A stretch of 64,000 nucleotides of DNA. Origin: Selaginella moellendorffii. Its lineage: Eukaryota; Plantae; Lycopodiophyta. The stretch spans positions 766,961 to 830,960 of the forward strand of contig NW_003314301.1 of NCBI RefSeq assembly GCF_000143415.4. Direction: 5' to 3'. The notes beneath the pieces are model-generated. The model was not told the origin of the DNA. It did no database searches and worked only from the letters and a program-made list of their open reading frames with translations. A program made the translations under genes and the position numbers. Positions 1-12,514 of the stretch are shown in pieces; positions within the stretch are counted from its first letter, which is position 1; each line of letters begins with the position of its first letter.

Positions 1-170
1 TTTTATATTATTTTGAACTTAAAGTTTTTGTTTTTAAGATAATTTTATACTGTATATAAAAGTGAGGTATAATTTCCTTAATTCCTTACAAAAACAAATA
101 AAAAGAAAAATATAAAAACTAATTAGATATCATTTTTTACTTAATATAATTAAATTTATAAGTCTTGGGA

Positions 171-293
171 TATAGGAATAAGTATATTAATTGGGGTTTA
201 GACCCCTACTTATATACAAGGATGAATGGATGAAATTCAGTCCTAAATAAAAGATCTATATACTATAGTATTATAATTAATGTATTACCTGTG

Positions 294-325
<32 letters not shown>

Positions 326-2515
326 AATCTTACACCATCCTCCCCTCTAAAAGATGAAAAAGTGATGATAATAAATCAAGTGGAATATCTAAAGTTTCTA
401 TTAGATGATTATAAATTACTATAAGAATTTGAAGTTCTCACAAAACCACCAACAAAATTGTTGATAACCATGATTGAAATAAAACCCCAAAACCATGGCA
501 TAAGCATCAATTAATTATAGAATCATGGTGAACCAATTGCAACTCCATATGCAACTCCCAAATGTTCAAACCAACCATACAATTATAATTTTGAATCAAA
601 GAAACTTTGAGAGCTACTACAATCTATAGAACACCATTGAAGCAAATAATACATTCTATCATTAAGTTTTTCTATCGACAATCCTCTAAAACCACCATTA
701 ATTTGAACTTAAGATCATAAGCAAAATCATTGTCCTTATCTAGCACTGCATATGGGAGGTTAGACTCACTCTATTTGTTTTCCACATCCTTTTTATCCCC
801 TTCTCAAAGAAAAAAAAGTTCTAAAACTTTAGCTCCATTCAAATTTGTTGTGTTCATATTCACTCTACCATTTATGTTCATCCTCACTCCACCATTGCAT
901 TTGTTCGGCATTACTACATCAAAGCTAAATATTTTGTTCAGACTGCTATATTTATCCTCACTCCACAATCCATGTCATTTGTCATTACTCCACTACCATA
1001 TTCACTTATCCTCACTCTATCATTAGGGTTGAACTCCCATCCGTCCCTTCTACCCCCTCCAAAGAAAAAAAAGTTTGAAGTGTCGAGGTAGAAAGGAGAA
1101 AATGAAAAAAACTTAAAGAAAAATAATTGTGAAAGAAGAAAAAGTGGATAAAGAAGCATCAATAGAGGAAATAACAGCTGACAATGTAAAAATAAAGAAA
1201 TTAAAAGGATATGTGCTCAAAGTTTGGAAAATAAGGGATTTCTTATCATAAAATACTTCAACCACCACAATATAAGAAAAATATTCACACTTTTCAGCCT
1301 CTTCAACATATAACAAAACTTTTGAGATGGGAAAATTAATAGAAATATCCACACTCTCAATAAAACACATAAACGCCTTAGCACCAACAATAAAATAAAG
1401 GCTCTCAATAACACTTACAATTAGGGACATGCACTCAATTTAAAACTTTGGCCAAAGTGATTCAACCCTTGGAATAAGAGAGTACTCAACGTTAAAACTG
1501 ATCAAAGTCTTTTCTAATACAAAAAAAACAAGATTTTCAACTTTATACACATACTTAACATCTAGATTAATATGAAAAGGACATAACACTCAACTCAACA
1601 TTGGATTAAGAATGAAAATCATGAGAGTCACAAATGATCAATGTGCCAGGAGAAGAAAACACTGCAAATGAGGAAGAAATACTAAAAACATAAGAAGGTG
1701 GCTGAAGCTGAGAAATAAAAAAAGATTGGGAAATAGCAAAAGGTAAAGAGAAAAGATCAAATGGTAGATTAAAAGATTGATACCTACCTTGTGAACTCTT
1801 CACTTCATCTCCAAAGTTATCTCCATAATAATCAAATTTGTCATCATAATCCAAAATCCACTTTAGCTCATACACATTATTTTCCCATAAACTTGATAAT
1901 TAAACATTCTCCAAGAATTGGATTTCATCATTCATAGTTCGCTAATCAATGTCATCATCATGCTCCACATCAGAGATAGTAGAACATTGAGAAGAGAACA
2001 AATTGTGTAATCATATCCTATGGAAGTTAGAGACAACAATACACTAAGGGTAAGTGCAATACCAACATAAGCACACCCCACAACATTAAAAGTTTAATCC
2101 AATGGAGTACCATTAGTAACTTCAAGCTATATACTCTTTAATTGATGTGGCATGGTAGAAGAAAAGAATGCAATGAAAATTAAAAAAAAAAGTAGATCTA
2201 AGCATAAAGATAGCTAAAGTTCTAGATCTTACAAAAAACTATTACATATTTAAATCTAAAAAAAGAATGAAGGAATAAAAATAAAAAGCACAATTTTGAA
2301 CACTAAAGCAAAACACTGCCCAAAAAACTTTGCCCTTCAAAAATATAAGAATAGATATATTAATTGGGGTTTAGACCTTTGTTTATATACAAGAATGAAT
2401 AAACTATATTCAGTCATAAATGGATGGTCTATATGCTATAGTATTATAATTAGTGTATGACTTAGTCAGGGTAATACATATATATATAAATATATATATA
2501 TTTACAAACTTTACA
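171..2515 (-). mobile_element. Small degenerate non-autonomous LTR element (~2.35 kb, ~165-bp LTRs)
   Basis: Direct repeats 171-334 and 2344-2515 (TATATTAATTGGGGTTTAGACC...TTACA). A minus-strand polypurine tract (plus CCATCCTCCCCTCT, 335-348) abuts the left repeat. No intact ORF and no clear TSD. Confidence 0.65.
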
Positions 2516-3810
2516 GATTAAAGTATAAAATATTATAAATTGGTGGTATTGTGTTACTTTATTATTTCATGTAAAATAAAAAGAGGTAATAAAACAAATA
2601 TATCTTTTTTATTATGTTTACAATATATTTTGTTACCTTTGCAATAATTAAAACCATCTTCAATAATAAAGGGTTACAGTTTAAAACAGTTACAATTTAC
2701 AGTTTAACCTATCCAGGTTAAACTGTTTAAAACTTTATTATTAACCCTCTAAGGGTTTTATATACAGTATGAAACCTAAAACATATCATTATTTCAAATT
2801 TTTATCATATGGTATACCACATCAAATATAAGTAAATATATTACTTACTTCAAAGAGTAAGTCAAAGGTTATATATATATACTTGTTAACTGCCATAAGA
2901 TATTTGTGCTTAATTTAAAATATGTATATTTGAGCAGGAAAATATATTAAATGAGAATTATTAAAATTTTAAAAAATAAAATGCTCTATGAAATTATAAA
3001 TTAAAAATAAAATTTTAAATATTCTATTAAAGTGTTCTTAAGAAGAAAAAAACTAATTTTAACACTACTTTAAATTTGTATATTAACAAAATAATCTTTA
3101 TTATTTTAATTTTGTAAATTTATAGTTATTCTTAACTTTTAAATCTTTTGCATTAAATGGAAAATTTTAAAGTAAATAAATTTTTTATTTTTAAAATATT
3201 AAACAAAATTAAATTTTAAATCATGTTAAAAACTTTACCCTAACAAACTGAACTTTAGGTTTAGTGGTGATGGACGAAGGAATCAATCCGGTAGGAAATG
3301 TGGGCTTGGATCCAGCTTACCCTTGTTTTGTCCTCTCACAGGATCTAATTCACGAGATTCTCAAGAGCCTTTGGGAGAAGGCCAGCCAGGGTTTGCTCTT
3401 CCTCTCTCTCTCTCTCGTCTGAGCTCCACAACAGATGTTGCCAAGGCGGATGAATCCAACGTAGGCACAACCTCGAAAAGAATCAAGTCTACCACTGGTG
3501 AGCAAAGCAGAGTTTCTAAAATCATAGAGAAATGCAGCCGGCAAATGCGAATGCTCTCAAGCTCTCCTGTGAGCTGCTCAAGCTCTTCGTCACAGGTCGG
3601 GTTTACTCTATTTCATTTCAAAGAAGGAACTAGAACCAAAACTTCTGGGCTGATTGATGCAGAGGCAGTCGGGCGAGCGGGAATCATCGCAGAGGCCAAG
3701 GGAAAGGATCGCATCGAAGCAACACATTTCGAAAGAATGCTACCGCAGTTTTTGCTGGACTTCTAGCTAGAGACGAAGATGGTGCTCGCGGGAAGAACTC
3801 TCGCAGTGGT

Positions 3811-6054
3811 ATGAGAAGGCTGGCCAGAGGACTCGCTACAGACTGTGCAATCAAACAGCTAAACTTGAGAGAGTACCTCGATTCGAAGTTATGCTCCTCC
3901 GACGTTTTCACTCTGGCTTGTCTCATCCGCGAGTGTGGTTCTCTGGGAAGCCTGCTAGATGCACAAAAGATTCACAGTCACGTCGTAGAGTCTGGCTTTC
4001 AGGAAAACCTTTACCTGCGTCCACATGTACCTCAAGTGTGGCAGTGTAGAGAACGCCGAGGACAGGAACAGGATGGCTCACTTCCGAGACGTCACGACGT
4101 GGACGGCAATGTTGTCCGCGTACTCTCGTCAATCCAGCAGCAGCACCAAGGTGTTCGAGTTCTACTGCCAGATGCTCCACGGTGTCAAGCCCGACAGCTT
4201 CACTTTCACAGCCGTGTTGAAACCCTGCGTTTCTGTGAAGGGAGCGTTAAGTGGCGGCAAGGCGATCCACTCCCAGATCTTAGAGAGCGGGCTAGAGGAC
4301 GACGAGATCATCGGAACTTCGGTCGTGAGCATGTATGGGAAGTGCAGCAGCCTGGTTGATGCTCGAGCCTGGTTTGATGGAGTTTGTGTCCGACGTCCGC
4401 ATGGAGTGGTGTTGTGGAACGCCATGATCTCGGCTTACGTCCAGAACGGCTGCTGTGGACAGTCCTTGGAGCTCTTCACGCTGATGCTCTTGGAAGGCAT
4501 CGCCCCAAACAGTGTCACGTATGTCACGGTTCTCAATGCTTGCAGCTCTACGTTGACGCTGGGTATTGGCAAGGCGGTTCACATCTGTGTTTGCGATCTC
4601 GGCCTCGAGTCGGACGTCATCCTTGGGACCGCGCTGCTCAACATGTATGGCAAGAGCGGGAAGCTGGATGAAGGGAAGATCTTTGAAAGGATCAAACCTC
4701 CGGACTTGGTGTCGTGGAACTCGATGATATCGGCTCTTGTCCGGGACGGCCAAGGAGACAGTGCTCGAACGTTGTTCAAGCAGCTACTTCTGGAAGGCCT
4801 CGCTCCAAATGAGATCACTCTCATCTCTACTCTCAATGCCTGTGCATGTCCAGGAGATTTGACGGAAGGAACGCTGCTCCCTGCCTGCAGCTATGAAAGT
4901 GGCCGGGCCACGGTACTCTTCGTGAGGAATGCTCTCGTAGACATGGAAAATGCGGCTGTCTAGAGAAAGCTCGCGAACTGTTTGAATCTGAAACAGTGGA
5001 GAGGAACTTAGTCAGTTGGAGCGTCATGGTTGCGGCTTACGCAGAAAACGGTCACGGTCACGAGGCCCTGCAGCTCTTCAGGATGATGATTCTGGAGGGT
5101 CAAAGCCTCGACTCGGTCGTCTTTGTCAACGTCCTCAATGCTTGTTCTTCGGCAGGAAACGCTGCTGCGGGAGAAGCTCTTCACGGCAATTTAGTTGAGG
5201 CTGGATTCGAGTCGGACGTAGTAGCGGCAACGGCACTCGCGAACATGTATATCAAGTGTGGACGTTTGGAAGACGGGCGTCGTGTTTTCAACAGATTGGA
5301 GGCCCGGAACGTTGTCAGCTGGAACACCATGATCTCGGGCTATGTTCAGAACGGTTGTCCCAAAAAAAGCTTGGAACTCTTCCACCAAATGGATCCCGGA
5401 GTTGCTGACAAACGGACGTACATAGCAGCACTGAATGCTTGCGCCTGCTCAGTGGCTGCAACCGAAGGGAAACTTATACACCAGCGAATACTTCAGCAGA
5501 AGATGAGCGTCGACGTAATCCTGGGAATAGCCATTGTCAACATGTATGGAAAATGTGGTTGCTTGAGCGAAGCCCGGGAGTTCTTTGACAGTATACCTCT
5601 TCCCGACGTCGTCACTTGCAATGCCATGATAGCTGGTTATGCTCAGCACGGTCAGCTCGGTAAAGCTCTTAGTCTGTTCGCCAAAATGAAGCAGGAGGGA
5701 GTGAGAGCCGACGGTGCCACCTTTGTTAGTGTTCTGTGTGCTTGTAGCCATGCTGGTCACTTGAAAATAGGATCCGAGTTCTTCGTATCAATGCTGGTCG
5801 ATTACGAGTTTAGAATTTCTGTTGAGCACTGTGGATGCATGCTAGATCTGCTGAATGCTGCGTGAAGCAGAGGAGCTCCTAAAAAAGTATCCTACTTCAG
5901 CCAGAGACACCGAGTGGATAACGTTGCTGGCCGCGTCTAAGACGCAATTGTGGCTCAAATCGCAGCAGAGGGCCTTATGAACTGCCGCCCAGAGAGCTCT
6001 TTCCCATACGTCATGCTTTCCACTGCTTTGAGCACTGATGAGGAGGCTGCCTGA
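3811..6054 (+). pseudogene. PLS-class pentatricopeptide repeat (PPR) protein with E-type tail, frameshifted
   Basis: Repeated MYxKCG / VVSWNAMISAY / PNxVTFVxVLNACS motifs in ORFs 4025-4963 and 4996-5865. Tail EHCGCMLDLL..EAEELL..WITLLAAS..PYVMLS ends at TGA 6052-6054. Frameshifts near 4020, 4950 and 5865. No DYW domain seen. Confidence 0.9.
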
Positions 6055-6159
6055 GAATTAGAGCTATAGCGTGTAAAATTCAACAGACCTGAATCGAAAA
6101 TTTGCCTGCAGAAAAAAAAAGTTTGTGATGAAGCAATGTGAAATAGTAAGCCTACCTGT

Positions 6160-8386
6160 CCACAGCCGAGAAAGATGGTACCCATTGAGGCACATGCTGA
6201 AAGTTTTCACACACGTTTCTCTCATCAGCTCGTGAACTTGGTCAAAAGATTGCCTTGCGTCCGCAAACTTGACGACAAAACAAAAGTCTCCATCTTTTAC
6301 CCTGCAGGCCTTTGTACTGTAAGGCAACTTTTTTCTGAAAATCCAGCTGCTCCTAGCGCTCATTTCCATATCCACCGCGCACAGCAGCTTCCTAAACAAA
6401 AAATAATGAAACAGCTGCTTTATAGAATGTAGAGTACCTCTGGCGGACCAGGTCTGCAGCAGGAAGTCCAGCCCCGAGAGCCTGTCCAGTTAAACGCTAA
6501 AGCTTAGGCAGTGGATTTCACCTTGCACCCACTCAAGATCCTTCGCAGCAGAGAAAGCCACTCCTGAGTATCCACTACCAACGTTGTTCCAGCCATCAAT
6601 TTCATTTCCATCTGCAGTTTGTAAGCAAACAAGATGTGCTGTTCTCAAAAACTAGTCAAGAAATACTTTTAAGTCATACCTCTTCTCGCAGCCGTTTGCT
6701 GAAAACAAAAGATGAACAGCACGATCATCAAGCTCAGCCCCCAAGGAAGCCGAAATCGAGCTACCGATGGCAGTTGTCCTGGAAACCGCCAAGCCTCCGC
6801 CTTCAGCCCTTCAAAAACTCAACCAGCCAGTGACACTGAGAGCTCTTCCCGCTTCTGTCCAGATCCTCCAGGACATGAGCGTCCCGCGCTTCTCTGCTCC
6901 CACTGCAAGCTGTATAAACCCTACTTGAAGTAACGGCTTGGAGCCACTCCTCCAAGTCGACATGGCCCTGCTTCTGCTTCATCAACCATTCCCTGTCGTT
7001 GAGGTTCCATAGCAGGCGCATGAGTGAGCAGCTCCAGAGCAATGTTCATCCACCGTTTACAAATTACAGATCGATGTAGTTAGCTTGCTAGCTCAAAGAA
7101 GCGACTTCCCTTCAGAAAACTACACGACACGTTCGGTTCAAGATGCAAAGAACAAAGAAAGATCCTCAGTCACAAGACCAACCAAAAACCAAAAGCTTTT
7201 TCAAAATACCTTTTCAGCAGCATCAACGTGTTCAGCAGCTCTGTCATACTGCACGAGGCCAGAATAACAGAGACATAAAGCACGCAATGCCTTCGCTCTC
7301 ATGGTAGTTTCCTCTTCCGCAGGCAGGTAATGCATGGCAGCCTCGAACAATGGCTGTGGGAAGAAATCCGAGCCACTATTACAAAAACACACCAAATGTC
7401 AGCTCTCATATAACGGTGAAATAAAAGAAATTCAGAGAAGCGCCAGACTTCTCTTGTGGATGAAAACCTCAAAAGCAAAACGAAGAACGTTTTCTCTGAA
7501 ACTGTGTCGTCTCTTTGATCAAGAACGTCAAAGCGGACAGGTACACCTCCACTGCAGCCTTCTCATATGATATGAGAGCTACAAGCTCCTCCTCGGCCTC
7601 TTCGTAACGACTGAGCCCAATCAATGCCTTGATTGAAGGCCAGGAACGACGTGCTACGATGATCCAAGGAGGAACCGAAACGCACTTCAGAACTCCCTCG
7701 AAGTTCCCATTCTGTAGCGGCCCCGCGGCAATGTACCTGAGAATTGTGAGCTTCTGGCACATCATAGTTTGCTCCTCGCTCTTGCTCTTGCACTCGGAGC
7801 AAATCCCATACGCTTGCTCTACGTAGTTGACAGATTCGGCCTTTGATTCCGAGTCATGGAGCGCCAGGAGTGATTTCCCGTAGAGAAGATATATGTCCAC
7901 CAGCTCTTGATACCTCTCCAGGGAGTCTTGGAGAAAACCACGGGCCCTCTCTAGCATGCTGGAAGCTAGCGCCTTGTGTGACATCTCCCACACTGTTCTT
8001 TCTTGACCGCACAAGGCACAGATCAAACATGACCTGCTGCTCTTCCCTGGTGCCGATCGATGAGAGACGATCTCGGTGGCTCGCTCGAAGCAGCCGGCCG
8101 CGATTTGTAGTTCCGGATCTTGTGAGGTCGTGCCCGATCAAAGGAAGAATGTAACCATCTTGAGAGTGCTCGACCAACGACACCGGCCCACAAGAGCATC
8201 TCGACGAAGGCGCGCGTGGTATTCCCCCAAGGAATCCACCACTGCGCGGCCTGGCGGCTGGTAGCTTAGCTTCCAGATTTGCTGATTCCCAGAGAAGAAG
8301 CCTGCTAGGCGCTCGATCCTCCGCAGCGGATTCACAGTAGCCACATCGCCGATCCCTACATCACTAAGAACCTCCGAGATGATCAT
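6160..8386 (-). pseudogene. ZIP4: ZIP4/SPO22-like meiotic TPR protein, disrupted copy
   Basis: Segments IWKLSY..EYHARLR, FEAAMHYLP..RAKALRALCLCYSGLVQYDRAAEHVDAAEK and KALIGLSRYEEAEEEL resemble plant ZIP4. Many deletions and frameshifts. ATG at 8386. Confidence 0.7.
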
Positions 8387-9361
8387 CCTGAGAGCAAGCG
8401 ATCGTCGTCCAGTCCTGCGAAGCCCTAGAATATTTTCCCGCTCAACTTTGAATCCATAAACCCTAACCATTTCCCGCCAGGCATGGTGCATTAATGGGCA
8501 CGTGGCGATCCTAACACGTGCTACCACGTAATTGGGATTTATTCGCCAATTTAAATATTGCCACGTCTAAAAGTTTTGATAGAGCACAGGACTGACATGA
8601 GAACATGTAAGATGATAGCGACTTGCGGATTAATACGACAGCGATAGAAGGTCTCTTGGTGGGACATTGATTTAATCTTCTCTTCTTTTGAAGGTACGCT
8701 CGTTACACGCGACGAGACTAAATCGTGCTTTACTCTTCTTTTCTTCCGTTTCTAATGGTGTCATTTAAAAAACTAGAAAAACAATGGAACTTTCATCATT
8801 TTGTATGTATGAACTAGCAAGAGAACGTAGAAGACGTTATATGCTTGTGTTGAGCAAAATACAGAGCTTGTATCCATGGCCAGCCTCGATCCCACGGGTG
8901 TGCTGAGAGTGCTTGTTTCTGAAGCTGTCAAAGAAGTGATTAGGCTTGCCAGGTCTGCCATTCATTGCAAGGAGAAGTGCAGCGAGTTGGAAGATTCATT
9001 GACCGAAGCTTCAGGTCTGCTAGATGAAATGGACAACTATTCTACTGCTGAGGGCTCTCTGAGCTCCTCACGACTGGATACCTGGCTGAAAGCCCTCCAA
9101 GCCAAGGTTGAAGAGGCTAGACCTCTTGTTCTTGAGTGCCAGTCTCTACAAAATCCCATTCTAGATGGCATAAAGAGGTTGGTTGGTTGTGCTTCTTTTG
9201 GGATATTTCTAAATTGAGTTTGTGATTTTGTTTCAGGATAACACTTGCTACCAAGATTGACGACTGCTCTAAGGCGATCCACGAGCACTTGGTTGCAGCT
9301 CCTCGAAATCTTGACGTTGAGATTCTACATACATTGAAGAAGCAAAAGGAGGTGCCATCTA

Positions 9362-12300
9362 GGGTAACAGGCCCAATTCTCGCACGGGTCCTTAATTCCG
9401 GCCACCCTTGGCCCAAATCTTGTCCATGTGATAAATGGAAAATTACGCGGCAATTTTTTGGCGGGTTCAATGGCATTCTAGGTTACGATGGATTTGAGTG
9501 TGATCCAAGCATTCATAATCACAAATCTAGCCATTTAGAAGAAAAGGAACTCATTCCATTGCTCTATTTCATCTGTATTCCTGAGTTTAGAAGAGCGCTT
9601 AATAAAACTGTAGGAGCAAGAGATTTGCTAAGTTTAGCTATTCATCAAGCTGCATTTCATCATAGGGTCAAAGTATCTCAGGAGTGGGCAAAAAAAGTGA
9701 AAAAGTTGGAAAGAACACATCAAATCTTGAGGTATGCCACTCTTTTGAAGAAGAAAAACATTCATTTCTTAATAATTTCTTAGATCCTATCACAAGATTT
9801 ACTGTTCAATCAATTACAAAGCTCAGCCAACACAATATGTGTACATGAAGCACATCGCACGCCATTTCCTTGCCTGGTCAAATGCTATAATAAGAAACCA
9901 GCATACTACAGGGCAAAAGAACACAACTTTCAAGAGCTCGTGCGCAAACATTCGCAGCTCCTAGAGGCTGTCCCATTCTGGGCTGTCCTTGCCACAAGAG
10001 GTAACTATCTGTTTCCATTTCAGATTTTTAACTAGACTTGCTTCCAGCCCGTGGTGCAGAGAAGTCTGGCAGCTCCTGTCCCTGAAAGTGTACTTGAAAG
10101 CCAATGTCCTGGCACTGCAAAGGTAAAAGATCGTCAGGTTAAAAGAAAAAGAAATGCTTGACTTCTCTACTGTTTGTCCATGTCTTGTAAGTCAGCTTCC
10201 AGCCAAAGCATGTAGCCAGAAGCATGCGACTAGAACATGGAATGAAGAATCAATAAAGAAGGCTATGCATGAGGTGGAAGAGTGTGGCATGTCTGAAAGA
10301 AAAGCTGCTCAAGAATTCAACGTACCTCGGACGACTTTGCGAGATCGGTTAAAGGGACGCAGCATAGGACGACCAGGTCCTCCCACCATTCTTACATCAT
10401 CGGAAGAAGAGTGTCTTGCATCCCTGGTGAAAGCTCGAGCTGAAATCGGTTATCCACTCACTTTCAATCAACTGAAAGATGCAGCAAAGCTGTTAGTTGC
10501 TAGTAGAGTAACTACCTGGATAGAAGGAGGACCAACTCAAAAATGGTGCAGAGGTTTTATGAAAAGACATCCAGAGATCAGTAGCAAAGTCGCTGAGGCC
10601 TTGGAGCTGCAACGAGCAAAGTCCTTGAATCAAGTAGTTGTGGCACAATTCTACAAAAACTTGGAAGCAACTTACACTGGAAACAACTATGAGGTAGATC
10701 ACATTTGGAATGCTGACGAAACTGGCATTCAGGCTAATCGTTCTGGAGGTGTCAAAGTGTTGGCTGCTCGAGGTGCAAGATCTTGTTACCGAATCGTCCT
10801 AAACAACACAGAGCACATGACTGTTCTAGTGGCCATAAATGCAGTAGATGGATGAATACCTGGCTTTTATATCTTCAAAGGTGAGCGGAGGATGCAAAAT
10901 TGGATCGTAGATTGTGAAGTTGGAGCTGCATTCGCCATCAGCAAGAAAGCCTGGATGACAGACACCTTGTGGCCACAGTGGCTTGAACACTTTGTGAAAT
11001 CAGTACCTGGTGGATGCTCGCCTACAAACCGCCATGCTCTCATTGTTGATGGCCACGGATCCCATGTCACAAAGGTTGCACTTGACACAGCAAGAATGTT
11101 AGGTGTGGATGTGATTCTTCTTCCAGCACATACTTCTCACCGCATGCAGCCATTAGACATTGCATGTTTTGGGCCATACAAGCGTTACTTCAGGCAGTGC
11201 GTGGATGAACACACTCTTGGACATCTAGGACACGAAGTCAATTGTCGAGATCTCGCACAATTATCCAGTAGAGCCATGGCTATGGCTCTGACACCTGCAA
11301 ACATCCAATCTGGTTTTAGAGCAAGTGGTTTATGGCCATTGAACAAGAATGCTATGGACACTCACTTTGGTCCAAGTACACTCCATGCAGTATCTCTCGA
11401 CGACTTTGAAGCAAACTTTGAAAACAGTTTGGAGCTGGGAGACCAAGAGGTCAGCAGCCACCTCAATCATGAGCAGCCTGAACAGCATGAGGATCCAGTG
11501 CAGGCTGAGGTCCATCTACAACATCCAGTGCAGCCTGAGCAGCAAGCAAGCAGTGATCGTGACCAACTTGAGCATCCTGAACTTCCTAGACAACTTGAGC
11601 AGCTAGGTAAAAAACACTTCTCAATTCTCATTCACTTACAACTTTGTTTCCCAGGAGCTTCACTAGAGCATCAAATTGAGCACCGTGAGCAACACGTGGA
11701 TGTGCCTGGATGGCAATCAGAAAACAACAGGGTGGCATACCTGCATGCAAAATTATTTTCAGGGGTGCAGAGTCGTCCTCGACTTGGACTAGTGTTGCAA
11801 GCTAGTGCTGGAACTGTTTTAACAAGTCCAGAATTCACTAGTGTTGTTGAAGCAATTGCCACTGCAAAAGAAGCACATGAGAAGCAGAAAAAATTGGAAG
11901 CAATTGAAAGGGCTGCAAGGAAAAAAGAAAGAGAAGAAGCAACAATAAAAAAGAAAGAAGCAGCAGCCATCAAAAAAAAGGAGAGGGAAGAAGCAGCAGC
12001 CAGAAAAGCTGAAGCAACAGAGAAGAAAAAATTGGAAGCCTTGAAAAAAAAGAGGGAGAAAGAAGAGGAAGCAATGAGAAAAAAAAATAAGAGAAAAAAT
12101 GAAGTCTTGGAATCTCTAATGCCAAGCAAACACCAAAAGCAGAGGTAATGAATTTGCTTGTTTTCACTCTAATATCTTTGGGCTTGCTTGTAGTTACCTG
12201 GAGAATGTCATTGTCCCACGCCGCCCTCGCTCCTCCTCGCGGCAACAAATGGACGATGTTAGGGCCATTGACAGACAAAAAATTGGGCCATAAACGGACG

Positions 12301-12514
12301 GATATTGGGCCATAAATGGACGGACTTAGGATAAGTTTAGACTTTTGGTAATGAGCGGTTTTTAAGATTTTGTGAGTAGTTTTTTCTAAAAATTAGTTTA
12401 TAAGCAGTAAATCATATAAACTTTTATATTATACCTTTACGTACAAAAATTATATTTAATAAATGAATTCTTACATTATTTTATTAACCCTGGCGGAAAT
12501 TGGGCCCGTTACCC
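9362..12514 (+). mobile_element. pogo/Fot1-like Tc1-mariner superfamily DNA transposon
   Basis: TIRs GGGTAACAGGCCCAATT / AATTGGGCCCGTTACCC. TA target duplication at 9360-9361 and 12515-12516. Confidence 0.93.
10154..12148 (+). pseudogene. pogo-type transposase (psq-HTH, CENP-B HTH, DD35D)
   Basis: ERKAAQEFNVPRTTLRDR, NADETG, LIVDGHGSH..35 aa..QPLD. One in-frame TGA at 10853-10855. Confidence 0.9.

Noticed and set aside
3323-3766. 147-aa ORF and possible minus-strand exons upstream of the PPR gene
   Set aside because: No recognisable domain, and the coding strand cannot be decided.
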